DNA from: Vicugna vicugna | Taxonomy: Eukaryota | DNA: 64,000 nt | Assembly: GCA_013265495.1 (NCBI GenBank) | Contig: MU062317.1 | Coordinates: forward strand, 1,054,001 to 1,118,000 | Direction of reading: 5' to 3' | Shown here: piece after piece, positions 35,030 to 44,769 of the stretch | Layout: the number at the start of each line of letters is the position of its first letter | How positions within the stretch are numbered: position 1 is the stretch's first letter | The notes under the pieces: generated by a model | The model's database searches: none | Told to the model about the DNA's origin: nothing | What the model saw: only the letters and a program-made list of their open reading frames with translations | Program-made: the position numbers and the translations under genes

Positions 35030-35110
35030 CCCCACCCAGGTCCCAGTGCCTGGCCCACGCCTGGGAGTGTGTTTGGAGCTCAGTGCATGGAAGAATGAAT
35101 GAATGAATGG
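35030..35110 (+). mobile_element. L2 3' end fragment
   Basis: CCCAGTGCCTGGCCCACGCC...GAATGAATGAATGAATG resembles the L2 terminus CAGTGCCTGGCACATAGTAGG...GAATGAATGAATG. Confidence 0.6.
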
Positions 35111-36354
35111 AGAGTGCTGAGCGACTAGAAAGTGACCCTCGGATTTCCAAAAGCTGATTTCAGCCCCAGAGGAGGCTGAGGAGGGCGGGGCAACCTCCCA
35201 GGCCGGCAGTGGAGGCAGCAGCCCTGTGTAAGTGCCCGGGGCTGAGTGCCCTGTCCTTCTGTCTCTGTTAAAAATTCTTATTTTTCGGGGGACTAAGAGC
35301 CGAGGTAACCCTTATTTCCCTTTTCCCGGTTACACTGCCTCACGTCTGACTTGCAAAGGGTTGCCCTGCATTCAGCAACCAATGCCAAGTGACAGGGATG
35401 CAGCAGTGGGCAAGCCACCCAGGTCCCCTGCTGCGTGGTGCGCAATTCGGAAAAGGGCAGCTTGCTTGCTGGGGGGGGAGGTGGGGGGCAGGGGACGGGG
35501 ACTGAAGGAATGTCCTGGGGAGAATTGTGGTCTCTCCCTGGGGCTCCCTGGCCCAGAGTGATGGAGCCCAGTGGGTGCCAGGCAGGATGCTGGCAGGCCA
35601 ATTCACTCCCGCCCCTGGGCTGCATCACAATGCATGTGGTCCTCCCAACCATCCCATGCAGAGGAGCTGCAGTCCAGGAAACTGATACTCAAAGGGACAG
35701 GAACATTCCACGGAGGCAGCAGAGCAGGACTCACCTGCCTGACCGCAGAGCCCTGCTCCAGGTGATGCCCAGCAGAATCTGTCTAGGGAGTGCGCCGGAG
35801 CTGCGGAGGGAGGGGTCTCTGTCTGGGACCTTCCCTGGGTTTCATGCGGTGCCAGGAGAGTGGGCCCCGGAGGGCACTCACCACACGCCCTTCTGGACAA
35901 TGGCTGAGATGTCTAATTGCTTGTGTCCAGAAGGACTCAGCCACTAGGGGCTTGAATGTCCTCAGCTGTCCCTAGGGAGTCAGGGCCCCTCAGGGCGACC
36001 ACCCCACGACTGTTCTGGGGCACAGGCCAGGGGTTTGGGGGGCCCAGTTCGGGCTAGCGTGACAAGCAAGTCAGGCTCAGAATACGGGCTTCTAGGGAGA
36101 AATTTCCAATCATAAAGTGTGTCATTGGAAAAAATATATGTGTCAGTCACGTGTGCTCTGAGCCCGGGCCCCGTGGGACCCAGTTGTGCTAATAAACATG
36201 AATAAGCCAGTTTTCACATTAGAGAAATAACAGTTTCTAGTAGAAACGTGGTGCTTTTAAAAGAGGTTAATTAATAAGCAGCAGGTGATTGTTCGTGGCA
36301 CGTTGTGGCAGAGGGTAGTTTTCATCTTAGAGGAGAGAGGGGCCAAATGACCCC

Positions 36355-36356
<2 letters not shown>

Positions 36357-36386
<30 letters not shown>
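36357..36386. repeat. (AC)15 microsatellite
   Basis: Perfect dinucleotide run. Confidence 0.95.
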
Positions 36387-36388
<2 letters not shown>

Positions 36389-36939
36389 AGATTTTTTGTG
36401 TAGTGATCACCTTGGCTTCACCTCCGCCTTTAATTTTTACAGCTGGAGCTGTTTATCATCGCTCCAACTTTCACTAAAAAGGAAAAACTATCACTTAAAC
36501 AAAGCCATTGAAAACTCAGCATCGTATGTGGGCTTCTTAACGCAAATAGATCATACACACCAAGATTTATGCTCTCCACGTGACGTCGTTCGCCAAACGC
36601 TGCCTTCCCAATCAAGGCCACAGTTAGGGATTTTCCTTTTGTGTGTGTGCCTTTTGCAAAATAAAAAACGCCACTTGGGCGTCCTTTTCTCCGCTCGGCC
36701 CAGGACGTCGGAGAGGCCTCTGCCTGGGTCAGCCCCACGGAACTGGCTCTAAATGGTGACAACAGTCAGTGTCAGCACAGTCAGTGCTGCAGACTGTGTT
36801 TCAAGCTTCTGCTTTTGAAACGTAAGCTCTGGGATGAAAAGCTGTTCAAGCTTCGCAGTACGTTTGTCCGGACGGCAGCAGCAGACGGAGCCCTGTGGGT
36901 CTCCCAGAGCCTGGGGTGCGCTGCAGGGGCACCACGTCG

Positions 36940-37420
36940 AAGTGCACAAGGACGAGGACACCCTGTGCCGTGGAGGCGCGTTTGGCCACCGCAAGGAAGG
37001 CGGCCCTGGCGCGGGCTACCACGCGCGCGGACTCAGCGGAGGAAGTCGGTCAGCACAGACCACAGACTGTAGGGTTCCACTGACGTAGAATCTCCAGGAT
37101 GAGCAAATCCATACAGATAGAAAAGAAACTAGTGATCTGCCGGGGCCGGGGGTGAGGTGGGGTGGGGAAGGAGAAGGGGGGAGTGACTGCTTCATTGGCC
37201 CGGGGTTTCCTTCTAGGAGGACGAAGATGTTCTGGAATTAGACGCGCACTTCCTTTTCTTTCCCTTTTTTTCAAGTGGAGGCACTGGGGCTTGAACCCAG
37301 CACCTCCTGCATGCTGAACTCACGCTCTGCCGCTGAGCTCTGCCCCACAAGAGACTGAATTTTAAAACAGTGACTGTTACGCTATGTGAATTGCATCTCA
37401 ATAAATCTGCTGTTCAAAAA
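36940..37420 (+). mobile_element. Ancient L1M (L1MB-like) 3' end, interrupted by a SINE, 5' part GC-converted
   Basis: CCAGGATGAGCAAATCCATACAGATAGAAA, GGAGTGACTGCT...GGGGTTTCCTTCTAGGAGGACGAAGATGTTCTGGAATTAGA and ATGTGAATTGCATCTCAATAAA are typical L1M 3' UTR landmarks. Confidence 0.8.
37250..37346 (-). mobile_element. tRNA-Ala-derived SINE (camelid Vic-1-like)
   Basis: Minus strand GGGGCAGAGCTCAGCGGCAGAGCGTGAGTTCAGCATGCAGGAGGTGCTGGGTTCAAGCCCCAGTGCCTCCA plus an A-rich tail. Confidence 0.85.
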
Positions 37421-37464
37421 TCTCTCCTGAGTACGTATGTTTGAAAAGCTTTATGCTCATCTTA

Positions 37465-37627
37465 AAGTTTTTTCTTTTTTTAAAAAATTTTTTCTAGTCT
37501 TTTTTTTTTTTTACATATATTTGTTCATTTTTCTTTTTCCCCTTAAAGGAGGCGCTGGGGGTTGAACCCAGGATCTTGTGCACACCAAGCACGCACTCTA
37601 CCACCGAGCTATAGCCCCCCACCCCCC
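37465..37627 (-). mobile_element. tRNA-Ala-derived SINE (camelid Vic-1-like)
   Basis: Minus strand GGGGGGCTATAGCTCGGTGGTAGAGTGCGTGCTTGGTGTGCACAAGATCCTGGGTTCAACCCCCAGCGCCTCC with A-box TAGCTCGGTGG, B-box GGTTCAACCC and a long A-rich tail. Confidence 0.9.
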
Positions 37628-37879
37628 TTGTCAGTTTTGAAGTGATCACACAGACAGGTGAGCGTGTAGGACGCACGCGCACACCTGGAAGCCTGCGACG
37701 CGAGCGCTGGCCCAGCGCCCGGGTAAGGCGGAAGCGCGGGGCCGGTTTCTTCAAAGCGCTCTATGCAGCCCTCTTTCCCACCAGCCCAGCGCCAACCACC
37801 ACCCAGGTTTTTTCGTGTTAACCATCTCCTTGTCTTGATTGACACTTTTATCACCTAATACACATCCCTAAAAATGTGA

Positions 37880-38170
37880 CTCTAGCCGCAGAAGCTTATT
37901 CAAATTGAAACGAATGTGGAACATTAAAATCACCAGTAGCAGGCGAGTGAAATGTGGTGGCATCAAAGGAATGCAGTCCTGACACATGTGCAGCCAGGAG
38001 GACCCGTGAAAAAGCAATGCTCAGCGAGAGAAGCAGAAACAAAAGGCCACACATTGTACGGTGCTGTCACTACAAGGCGTCCAGGATGGGCAAACCCCAA
38101 GGGACAGGATGCAGGTGAGCAGCTGCCCAGTCGTGGAAGGAAAGGCAGGGTTGTCCCAGCAGGTGAAGAT
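37880..38170 (+). mobile_element. Ancient L1M 3' end fragment
   Basis: AAAGGAATGCAGTCCTGACACATGTGCAGCC...AGCGAGAGAAGCAGAAACAAAAGGCCACACATTGTACG...GTCCAGGATGGGCAAACCC matches the L1M 3' UTR pattern. Confidence 0.75.
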
Positions 38171-38299
38171 TTGAGGAGATGACCTAGACCACCGTCTGGC
38201 TCCAGCCCCCGGGTGTTGACAGGAGACCCTCAGCTGGAAGCCAGTGGGAAAATAGGGCTGACCAAGGTCAGGTGTCTGGTGACTGCAGGATGGACGGTA

Positions 38300-38710
38300 C
38301 ATCCATTCAAGTGGTACCCGTTCATTGTACACCTGCTATGCACCAGGGTGGCCGTAGCCCCAAGGACATAGCAGTGACCGAAACAGACAAGAGCCCCTCC
38401 CCCTGGAGCTCACTGTTCCCTGGGGAGGCAGCAACAGGCCAGATACAGAAGAACCTTGCACGGCAGGTGGGGGCTGCACTGCTGTGGGACTGAAGAAGGA
38501 GGGAAGAGAGGTGAGGAAGCAGGGGCATGGAGGGCACACCTCTCAATAGGGTGGCCCAGGGAGACTTCTGGGAAGGGGTGGCAATTGAGCAGAGATGTGA
38601 GAGAGTGAAAAGGGAGCCCCAGGCACGTCTAGAGGAACAGCATTTGGACATGTGGAACAGCCATTGTGGAGGCCCTGAGGCACCAGCCCCCTGTGCTGGA
38701 GCAGCACAAG
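38300..38710 (-). mobile_element. L2 LINE fragment
   Basis: CATCCATTCAA...ACCTGCTATGCACCAGG...GGACATAGCAGTGACCGAAACAGACAAGAGCCCCTCCCCCTGGAGCTCACTGTTC is typical antisense L2. Confidence 0.8.
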
Positions 38711-38771
38711 AGAGCGAGAGGATAGGAACAAATCAGGGGGTGGCGGGCTGAGGGGAAGGCAAACCGAGGCT

Positions 38772-39130
38772 ATGCATGGAATTAAGGGGGGTCGTCAGTT
38801 GACCACGAGGTGGGGAGAGTCTCTCCTGGATCATGTGGTCGGGCCCAGCGTCCTCACGAGGGTCCTTAAATGGGGTGGAGGGAAGCAGAAGGATTCAGAT
38901 GGTCTTGCTTTGAATACGAAAGGCACCAGGAGCCAAGGAAAGTGGGGCCGCCTCTAAAAGATGGAAAAGGCAGGAGAATGCGGTCTAGACCCTCCAGAAA
39001 GGGGACGGCCCTCCCAGCGCCTTGCTTTTCGCCCATTCAGGCTTCTGACCTGCAGGGCAGCCGTAACAGCTCTGGGCCGCTCTGAGCCGCAGGCCGCGGT
39101 TGTTCCTTACAGCCGCCTCGGGAGGCTCTC
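38772..39130 (+). mobile_element. MaLR LTR (MLT1D-like)
   Basis: AATTAAGG...GGGCCCAGCGTCCTCACGAGGGTCCTTAAA...GAGCCAAGGAAAGTGGGGCCGCCTCTAAAAGATGGAAAAGGCAGGAGAA...CCTCCAGAAAGG...GCTTCTGACCT matches MLT1. Confidence 0.85.
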
Positions 39131-39339
39131 CCACGGGGAGGCAAGACCCTCCTCCACGTGCGGTCAGGACGAGCCAGGGGAGGGCGAGGTCCGGGCCGGG
39201 CTGTCCCGCGCTGAGCCGGGGCGGTGCAGGGGCCCTGGGCGCGGCGGCCCTCACGCCGGGCTCCCTGCTCGCGCTGCGGCAGGATGGGCCCGTTGCCGCT
39301 GACATCCCGCCCACGGCCACAGTCCCAGAGGCTCGGGTT

Positions 39340-39940
39340 GTCACCCCCGAGGGGCTCCTCACATGCCTGCTCCTGCGTTGTCTTGGCTTCCTTTCTCATT
39401 TTGTGAAGCACGTCCCGCAGTCCCTCTGGCTAACTGGGGCGCTCACACGCCCGGGAGTGCCCGCCGCCCTCCGCCGTACAGGCACGCCAGCCGGCTGGGC
39501 GTGCGGTGCCAGCTTGGGGAGCGCTTCGTCCAGCGCTGCTCCGGTTTCACTGCGCTGTCTTCCTGCTCCCAGGGTAGCCGTTGAGAAGTCGGAGGAGATT
39601 CCGCCTCCTTCCGCTTGGTCGGTGGCTCCTCGTTCTCGTCTTTGGAACCTGGAATCTCCTCGTGGCGCCAAGGGTCCCACTGTGTCACCTGGAGTGTCTG
39701 ATGTCACCCACCGGGGGCTCTTTCACACTGGGAACTTCTGCCCTTCAGCTCTGGAAACATTTCTTAAAACACTTTGTTGCTGATTTTCCGGCCTCTGTTT
39801 CCTCTGCTCTTTGTTTCTGGAAACTGACGGCTAGGACACCGTTTTCTTCTGCCACGCAGTCTGTGTGTCCCCTCGTGGCTTTGCTGTATCAGTTTCCGTG
39901 TGCTGTCTGCACATCCTTGGCTGTCTGCCCCTGACCCAGA
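39340..39940 (-). mobile_element. Ancient L1ME/L1M5-type fragment
   Basis: GTAGCCGTTGAGAAGTC and GGGCTCTTTCACACTGGGAACTTCTGCCCTTCAGCTCTGGAAACATTTCTT match the antisense 5'/ORF1 region of old L1M. Confidence 0.7.
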
Positions 39941-40489
39941 GGGTGGGTACAGAGCTGGTGAGAAGATCTGAGAGGGAGGGAGGGAGGGGCTCTTGTCCCT
40001 GAGATTCACAGAAGGGTGATCCTGGGACCCCTTGGTGACAACATCCTTAGGGACCGATCTGATTTCCAGGGACTGAGGCAGGGGTCTGGTTGCTAGTCTT
40101 CTGGGGGCCAAGCTAGGGGTGGAGACGGGGGTCTCTGCGGTCGGCATTCAGCCAAGGCTGCCTGCATTCCAGGGACCAGACCTTGGGACTTCCCTGCCGG
40201 GGGTGGGGGGTGGCCAGAGGGGGAGGGGACTGAGGACTCTGACTCCCCTTTCCACTCCAGCCCTCAGGGTCACTGTCGCATGTTCCCCCTGTTCGGGGAT
40301 GCTTTTATAGCCAGTCCTGAGAGTGGGGGTCCTCGCTGTGCTAGGTCTGGGGAAACCTCACCTTTCCCACTCTCCACTTCAGCTGTCTCTGCCTCTCTCT
40401 CTCGTCTCTGGCCCAGTTACCAGGGCTCCATCTGCAGTCCGGCTGCCAGATGTTTGCGGCTGCTCTGTCCTCCCACCCTCATGGGTAAA

Positions 40490-40930
40490 TGTCTTTTAAA
40501 ATCTCTTTATTGTGGTTGAAGTGGCTTTGCAGCGAGCGCGCACTATTGCGTGTGTTTAATCTGCCATCTTAAGCCCCGAGGCTTTGTGGCTATTTTAGAG
40601 CGGCCGTGTCCGCGCAGCGCCCAGCCTCCCCGAGCAGGCGCCCCGGGGTCCTGACCGGTGAGCGCCCCAGAGCCTCCCGCGGCGCCTTCCAGCAGAAGGA
40701 TCCGACCCATGGCGTCTGCCAGGCCCACACAATGGACCGCTGGTGGACAGCGGGCATGGCAGTGCCCTGCATCTTTGGGGCCGTATGTCCCGGAAACCGC
40801 CAGGAGTGTCCACTGAAATATTAACAGAGGTCTCCTCCGAGTGACGGGATCTCAGGACACCGTGACTTTTTCTCTGCTACACTTACCTGCATTTTAACTT
40901 TTCTCCAGTGACTATGTAACAGTTGCACAG
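40490..40930. mobile_element. Old L1M 3'-end fragments (antisense about 40490-40720, sense about 40810-40930)
   Basis: CTTTATTGTGGTTGAAGT...TCTTAAG...CGCCCCAGAGCCTCCC (antisense) and ATATTAACAGAGGTCTCCTCCGAGTGACGGGATC...TTTTCTCCAGTGACTATGTA (sense). Confidence 0.55.
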
Positions 40931-41991
40931 CTGTCACGTGTTCAGAATGAAGGCCAAACTCCTGCCTGTCTCTCCAGAGCCGGCTGCGATGCCACGACCC
41001 GCCTGGAGCGCCTCCAGGCCCCCCTGTTGGCGCTGCTTCCGTCACTGCGTGTGTGATGTGGGCGCTCGGTGACGCTTGTCTGCTAAACAGTCACTTGATT
41101 TTGGAGTTTCAACCTCATTTCTTTGCCTCGCAGTTGACAGTTTACTCACATTCCACCTAGGGCTCCACCCTGAGGGGTGCTGGAGGCTCCAGCGGCCCCC
41201 AGGAGGACGGAGCCCCCCAGGTGTGGGGGTCGGGCTTGAGGGCAGAGGCTGGCCTTCACCCACACCCTAAAAGGTGGTTCCAGTGCCCCAGAGATGGCCA
41301 TGCGGGCCAGAGCCAAGCCGTGGCCCAAGGGCTCCCGGCGTCTCCCCCCAGAGAGAACCCCTGGATGGTCAGGAACTTGGCACCCTGCTCCACGCCCTCA
41401 ACCCCAGGCCCTCTTGGCCTTAGCAGCCTCCGGGGAAGGACGGCAGCACCCCGAACCCAGCCCGCCCCCCCGAAAAAGGAAGCCAGTTGACACTTAGATA
41501 CCCTCAAACGAGGCTCCTCCCCAACACAGAGCATCGCGTTGTTCAGAAGTGGCAGGATGAGACTCACCTGAGATTCCAGGTGAGATGCTGGCATCACAGA
41601 CACAGAGCCGCGGGCAGCACCCCTACGGGATAAGGGGGCTTTGCAGACACAGGCAGGAGGCACCCAGGGAGGGTTTCCACAGTGGAAGTAGCTCAGGCGT
41701 CAAGGGCACCTCGTAGACGCTGAGGGCTCACGCTGGGTTACGCTCTGCACAGACCCACCCAGAGAGGCCCAGGACTCTCATGCCATCGGGGGAGCCCTCC
41801 CTGCACACGGCCATGGAGGGTGCCACGCCTCTGGCGCTGCAGGCCAGGCGGGGAGTTTACCAGAGATGCGAGGCCATCTCCTCCAGAAAGCCCTCCGGAC
41901 CCTCCCCAGCCTGGTAGAACTTGCCTCTCGTCCTCTGTGTCCCCCGGGACCTACATGGGCTGCAGCTATGAGCCCAGGTACAGCTGGGCCC

Positions 41992-42005
41992 CCACGAGAG
42001 GGCGT
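41992..42005 (+). promoter_or_regulatory. Candidate CTCF motif
   Basis: CCACGAGAGGGCGT is a close but imperfect match to the CTCF core. Motif only. Confidence 0.3.
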
Positions 42006-42399
42006 CACACCCTCGCACCCACCATGCTGGCTCAGGGAGGGGGCTCCAGCAGGTGTCCCTGGGGGGCTGAGGGGTCAGAAGGGACCCGTACGGAGAAGCA
42101 CACGGAGGCAGGCTGCCTCGTGCTGAGCCCCTGGAAGTGAGGGATGGGGTGGGCGGGACCGGCCTGGGTGCTCCTTCATGCCCCTCCACCCTCCGCACCT
42201 GGTGCTCCCATGCTTTCTCCAGGGCAGGGGCCTGGGGGTCAGAACATTCCCTGGTTCTCTCCAGGTCTGGAGCAGCCAGAACGGCCATCCCCTCTCCTCC
42301 TGCACCCCCCTCAGTGGAGCTAGCTCTCCCTGTGCCCCTGCCTGTGGGCACATGAGGACCCAGGGTGTCTGCTCAGCAGGGACCCCTGGGCCTCCCTCC

Positions 42400-42660
42400 C
42401 CACCAACAGGGCAGCTGTTTTCCCCTCAGAGCCTCCAGCTGCTCCTGTCTCTTCTAGACCGCCTCCATCTCTCACCTGCACTCTTACTCCAAAAGCCTCC
42501 TGGCTGGTCCTCAGACTTCCATCCCCTGCTCCCACCACGCAGCTCTCAGGGTGTCAGTCAGAGCAGGGGCTTCTTGTCTGTTTTAGTTTCCCGTATTCTC
42601 CGGGGCCTTGCAGAGAATGTGGCACATGGGAGATGGTCAATAGTTTTGGATGAATGGATG
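42400..42660 (+). mobile_element. L2 LINE fragment ending in its 3' tail
   Basis: CCATCTCTCACCTGCACTCTTACTCCAAAAGCCTCCTGGCTGGTCCTC...AGCAGGGGCTTCTTGTCTGTTTT...GTGGCACATGGGAGATGGTCAATAGTTTTGGATGAATGG. Confidence 0.7.
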
Positions 42661-42790
42661 GGTGGATGGACGGATGGGTGGGTGGGTAGATGGGTGGATA
42701 TATGCATGGAGGTTGGATGTACAGATGGATGACTAAATGTATGAAGAACGTATGGATAGATGGATAGATGGGTGGATGGATAGGATGAAT
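42648..42790. repeat. Degenerate (GGAT)n simple repeat continuing from the L2 tail
   Basis: Repeated GGAT, GGGT and AGAT units. Confidence 0.9.
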
Positions 42791-42814
42791 CCCTTGCCCA
42801 ACAGACCAAGGAAA

Positions 42815-42920
42815 TTGAGTTTCATGATGAAACTGAGAAAAAGAGGCCTAGCAGAGGGTAGTGGGTAGCACTTGCCCGAGGTCGGGGGCAGTGGCATCAG
42901 AGCTGGCCCAGGACCCTAGA
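42815..42920 (-). mobile_element. MIR SINE fragment
   Basis: TTTCATGATGAAACTGAG...CACTTGCCCGAGGTC...AGTGGCATCAGAGCTGG resembles the antisense MIR core. Confidence 0.55.
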
Positions 42921-43935
42921 CCTCTGTCCTCCCTGTCCCACTGCCTGCGGTGGTCAGTTACACCTGGACGAGAAGGCTGGATCTGTCTCGTTTGTGCCAT
43001 TGGCCCCGGGGTGGAGCCCTCCAGGGTCCAAGACCTGATCCTGCTCCCCGCCATCACCTGCACCTGTAGGACGTGCAGTTTCCCCGCCTGCTCTTCCTGG
43101 TCATGACCCCCCGGGCACAGGACCCCCACCTCGGGATCGCCGCTCAGGCGATAAGAAGGCTTGAAGGGAGCAGGCAAGCGGCAGTCACGTGACACCCGGG
43201 CCCCACCCCTTCCAGACACTGCTCCTCGCCCTCCTTCTGCTGAAACTGCTCTCGGGGTCTCCAGAGGCATCTGAGTGGCCCCTGTTCTATCCTTGTCTTT
43301 CAGGTGCCCCTGCAGGGTTGCACGTGCCCGCCCAGCTCACTCTTAAAAGTGGACACACCCGCCACAGCCTTGCTAACTCTCCCTGGGAAGGCCATCTGTG
43401 TCCGGAAAATCCTTGAGTCCAGGATGCTCCAAGATGGGTAGGAAGCCCCCGGGAAGTGCCCTGGGGTGCGGGACTCCTTCTTGCCCCTCCCCCCACCACC
43501 CTGCCCGGAACACTCAGCTGCACGTTTCATCGACCACGGGCACAGCCAAAAAGCCCAGCTCTCCCCAGCCCCACGGCGGCGCGTTGTCTCATGTGTCCCT
43601 GAAGCTGACCCAGCAGGGCCTGGCTGGGCCTCTGGCCTCACCCTGCAGGGGGAGTAATGATGAACCTGGCTGGGGCCCTTCCTGGACCCTCCCAAGGTCA
43701 GGGTCCCGGGACCTTCCCTGAGGCTGTCCCAAGGCTGCCATCTCAGTCAGGCGTAACCAGACAGCACGGTGTGGCTGGGGTCGTCCTCAGCTGTGGGCAC
43801 TGCTGGGTATGGCACAGCCTCCTCCAGTGTCTTTGGCCCAAGAGGGGACACAGTGACCCACCCGGGTCCCCTGTGGGGTGGCCCCAGGCCCTCTGTAAAT
43901 GAGATACAGCAGGGACAGCTGCCCCAGGCTCTAGA

Positions 43936-44075
43936 NNNNNNNNNNNNNNNNNNNNNNNNNNNNNNNNNNNNNNNNNNNNNNNNNNNNNNNNNNNNNNNNN
44001 NNNNNNNNNNNNNNNNNNNNNNNNNNNNNNNNNNNNNNNNNNNNNNNNNNNNNNNNNNNNNNNNNNNNNNNNNNN
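43936..44075. other. Assembly gap (140 N)
   Basis: Run of N. Confidence 1.
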
Positions 44076-44769
44076 GAGTTTGGGGTGAAGGACACCTTGA
44101 AATAATTAAATTTTTTGCTCATTTTATGTTGTGAAAATGGCTTAGTCGGTTTGGGGAAGAATTGTAAAATGGTCAGCTGACTCACTTATAAAGGCAACGT
44201 TATTTTTCTCTCCAGATTCTGCCAGAATAACCACACTGCCTCGGAGGTGGATTTCTTCCAAAGGCATCTCAAGCACTGGTCCAGCTGCCTCTCACCCCAG
44301 TCCGTTGCGTTTAGGGGAGCAACCCCCCTCCCAGAGGCGCTCCGGGTGGGTGGCACTGGGGGACCAGGAGGACGGGGGTCCAGCGTGGTGGGGTCCAGGT
44401 ACTGGCAGACAGGCTGACCCCTCCTCAGGTGGGTGGGAGGGAGGGACTCGGGCTCACCTGCCCCCTTTGCCTCAGGGATGACCGGGACCGTGCCCCTGGA
44501 GTGAGCATAGCACAGAGAGGGCCAGCCCAGCCCAGCTCGGATGCTCTGGCCAGCGAGCACGCCTGGTGAGAGGCGTGGACACTTGGGAAATGAGAATTCA
44601 TGGAAAGATTAGACTGTGCTTAGCACGACGTCAGAACCCTCGACCGTGCTGGGTCAGAACCCCTGGCTTTGGCGCTAGGACAGCCCCTGCGTGTCCAGGA
44701 GCCTCAGGCAGGAGCCTTCCTGCACCTGTTTCCCCGGACAGTTTCCCCTTCCACATCTCCTCTCCAGAC

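Noticed and set aside
34865-35110. Inverted L2 pair as a possible miRNA precursor, as for L2-derived miR-28/miR-151
   Set aside because: The tails face outward, and only the short TCAT/ATGA tails pair across a loop of about 200 nt. This is not pre-miRNA geometry.
37548-37620. Possible genuine tRNA-Ala gene
   Set aside because: The anticodon region is altered, the head runs straight into an A-rich tail, and two similar decayed copies are present, so it is a SINE.
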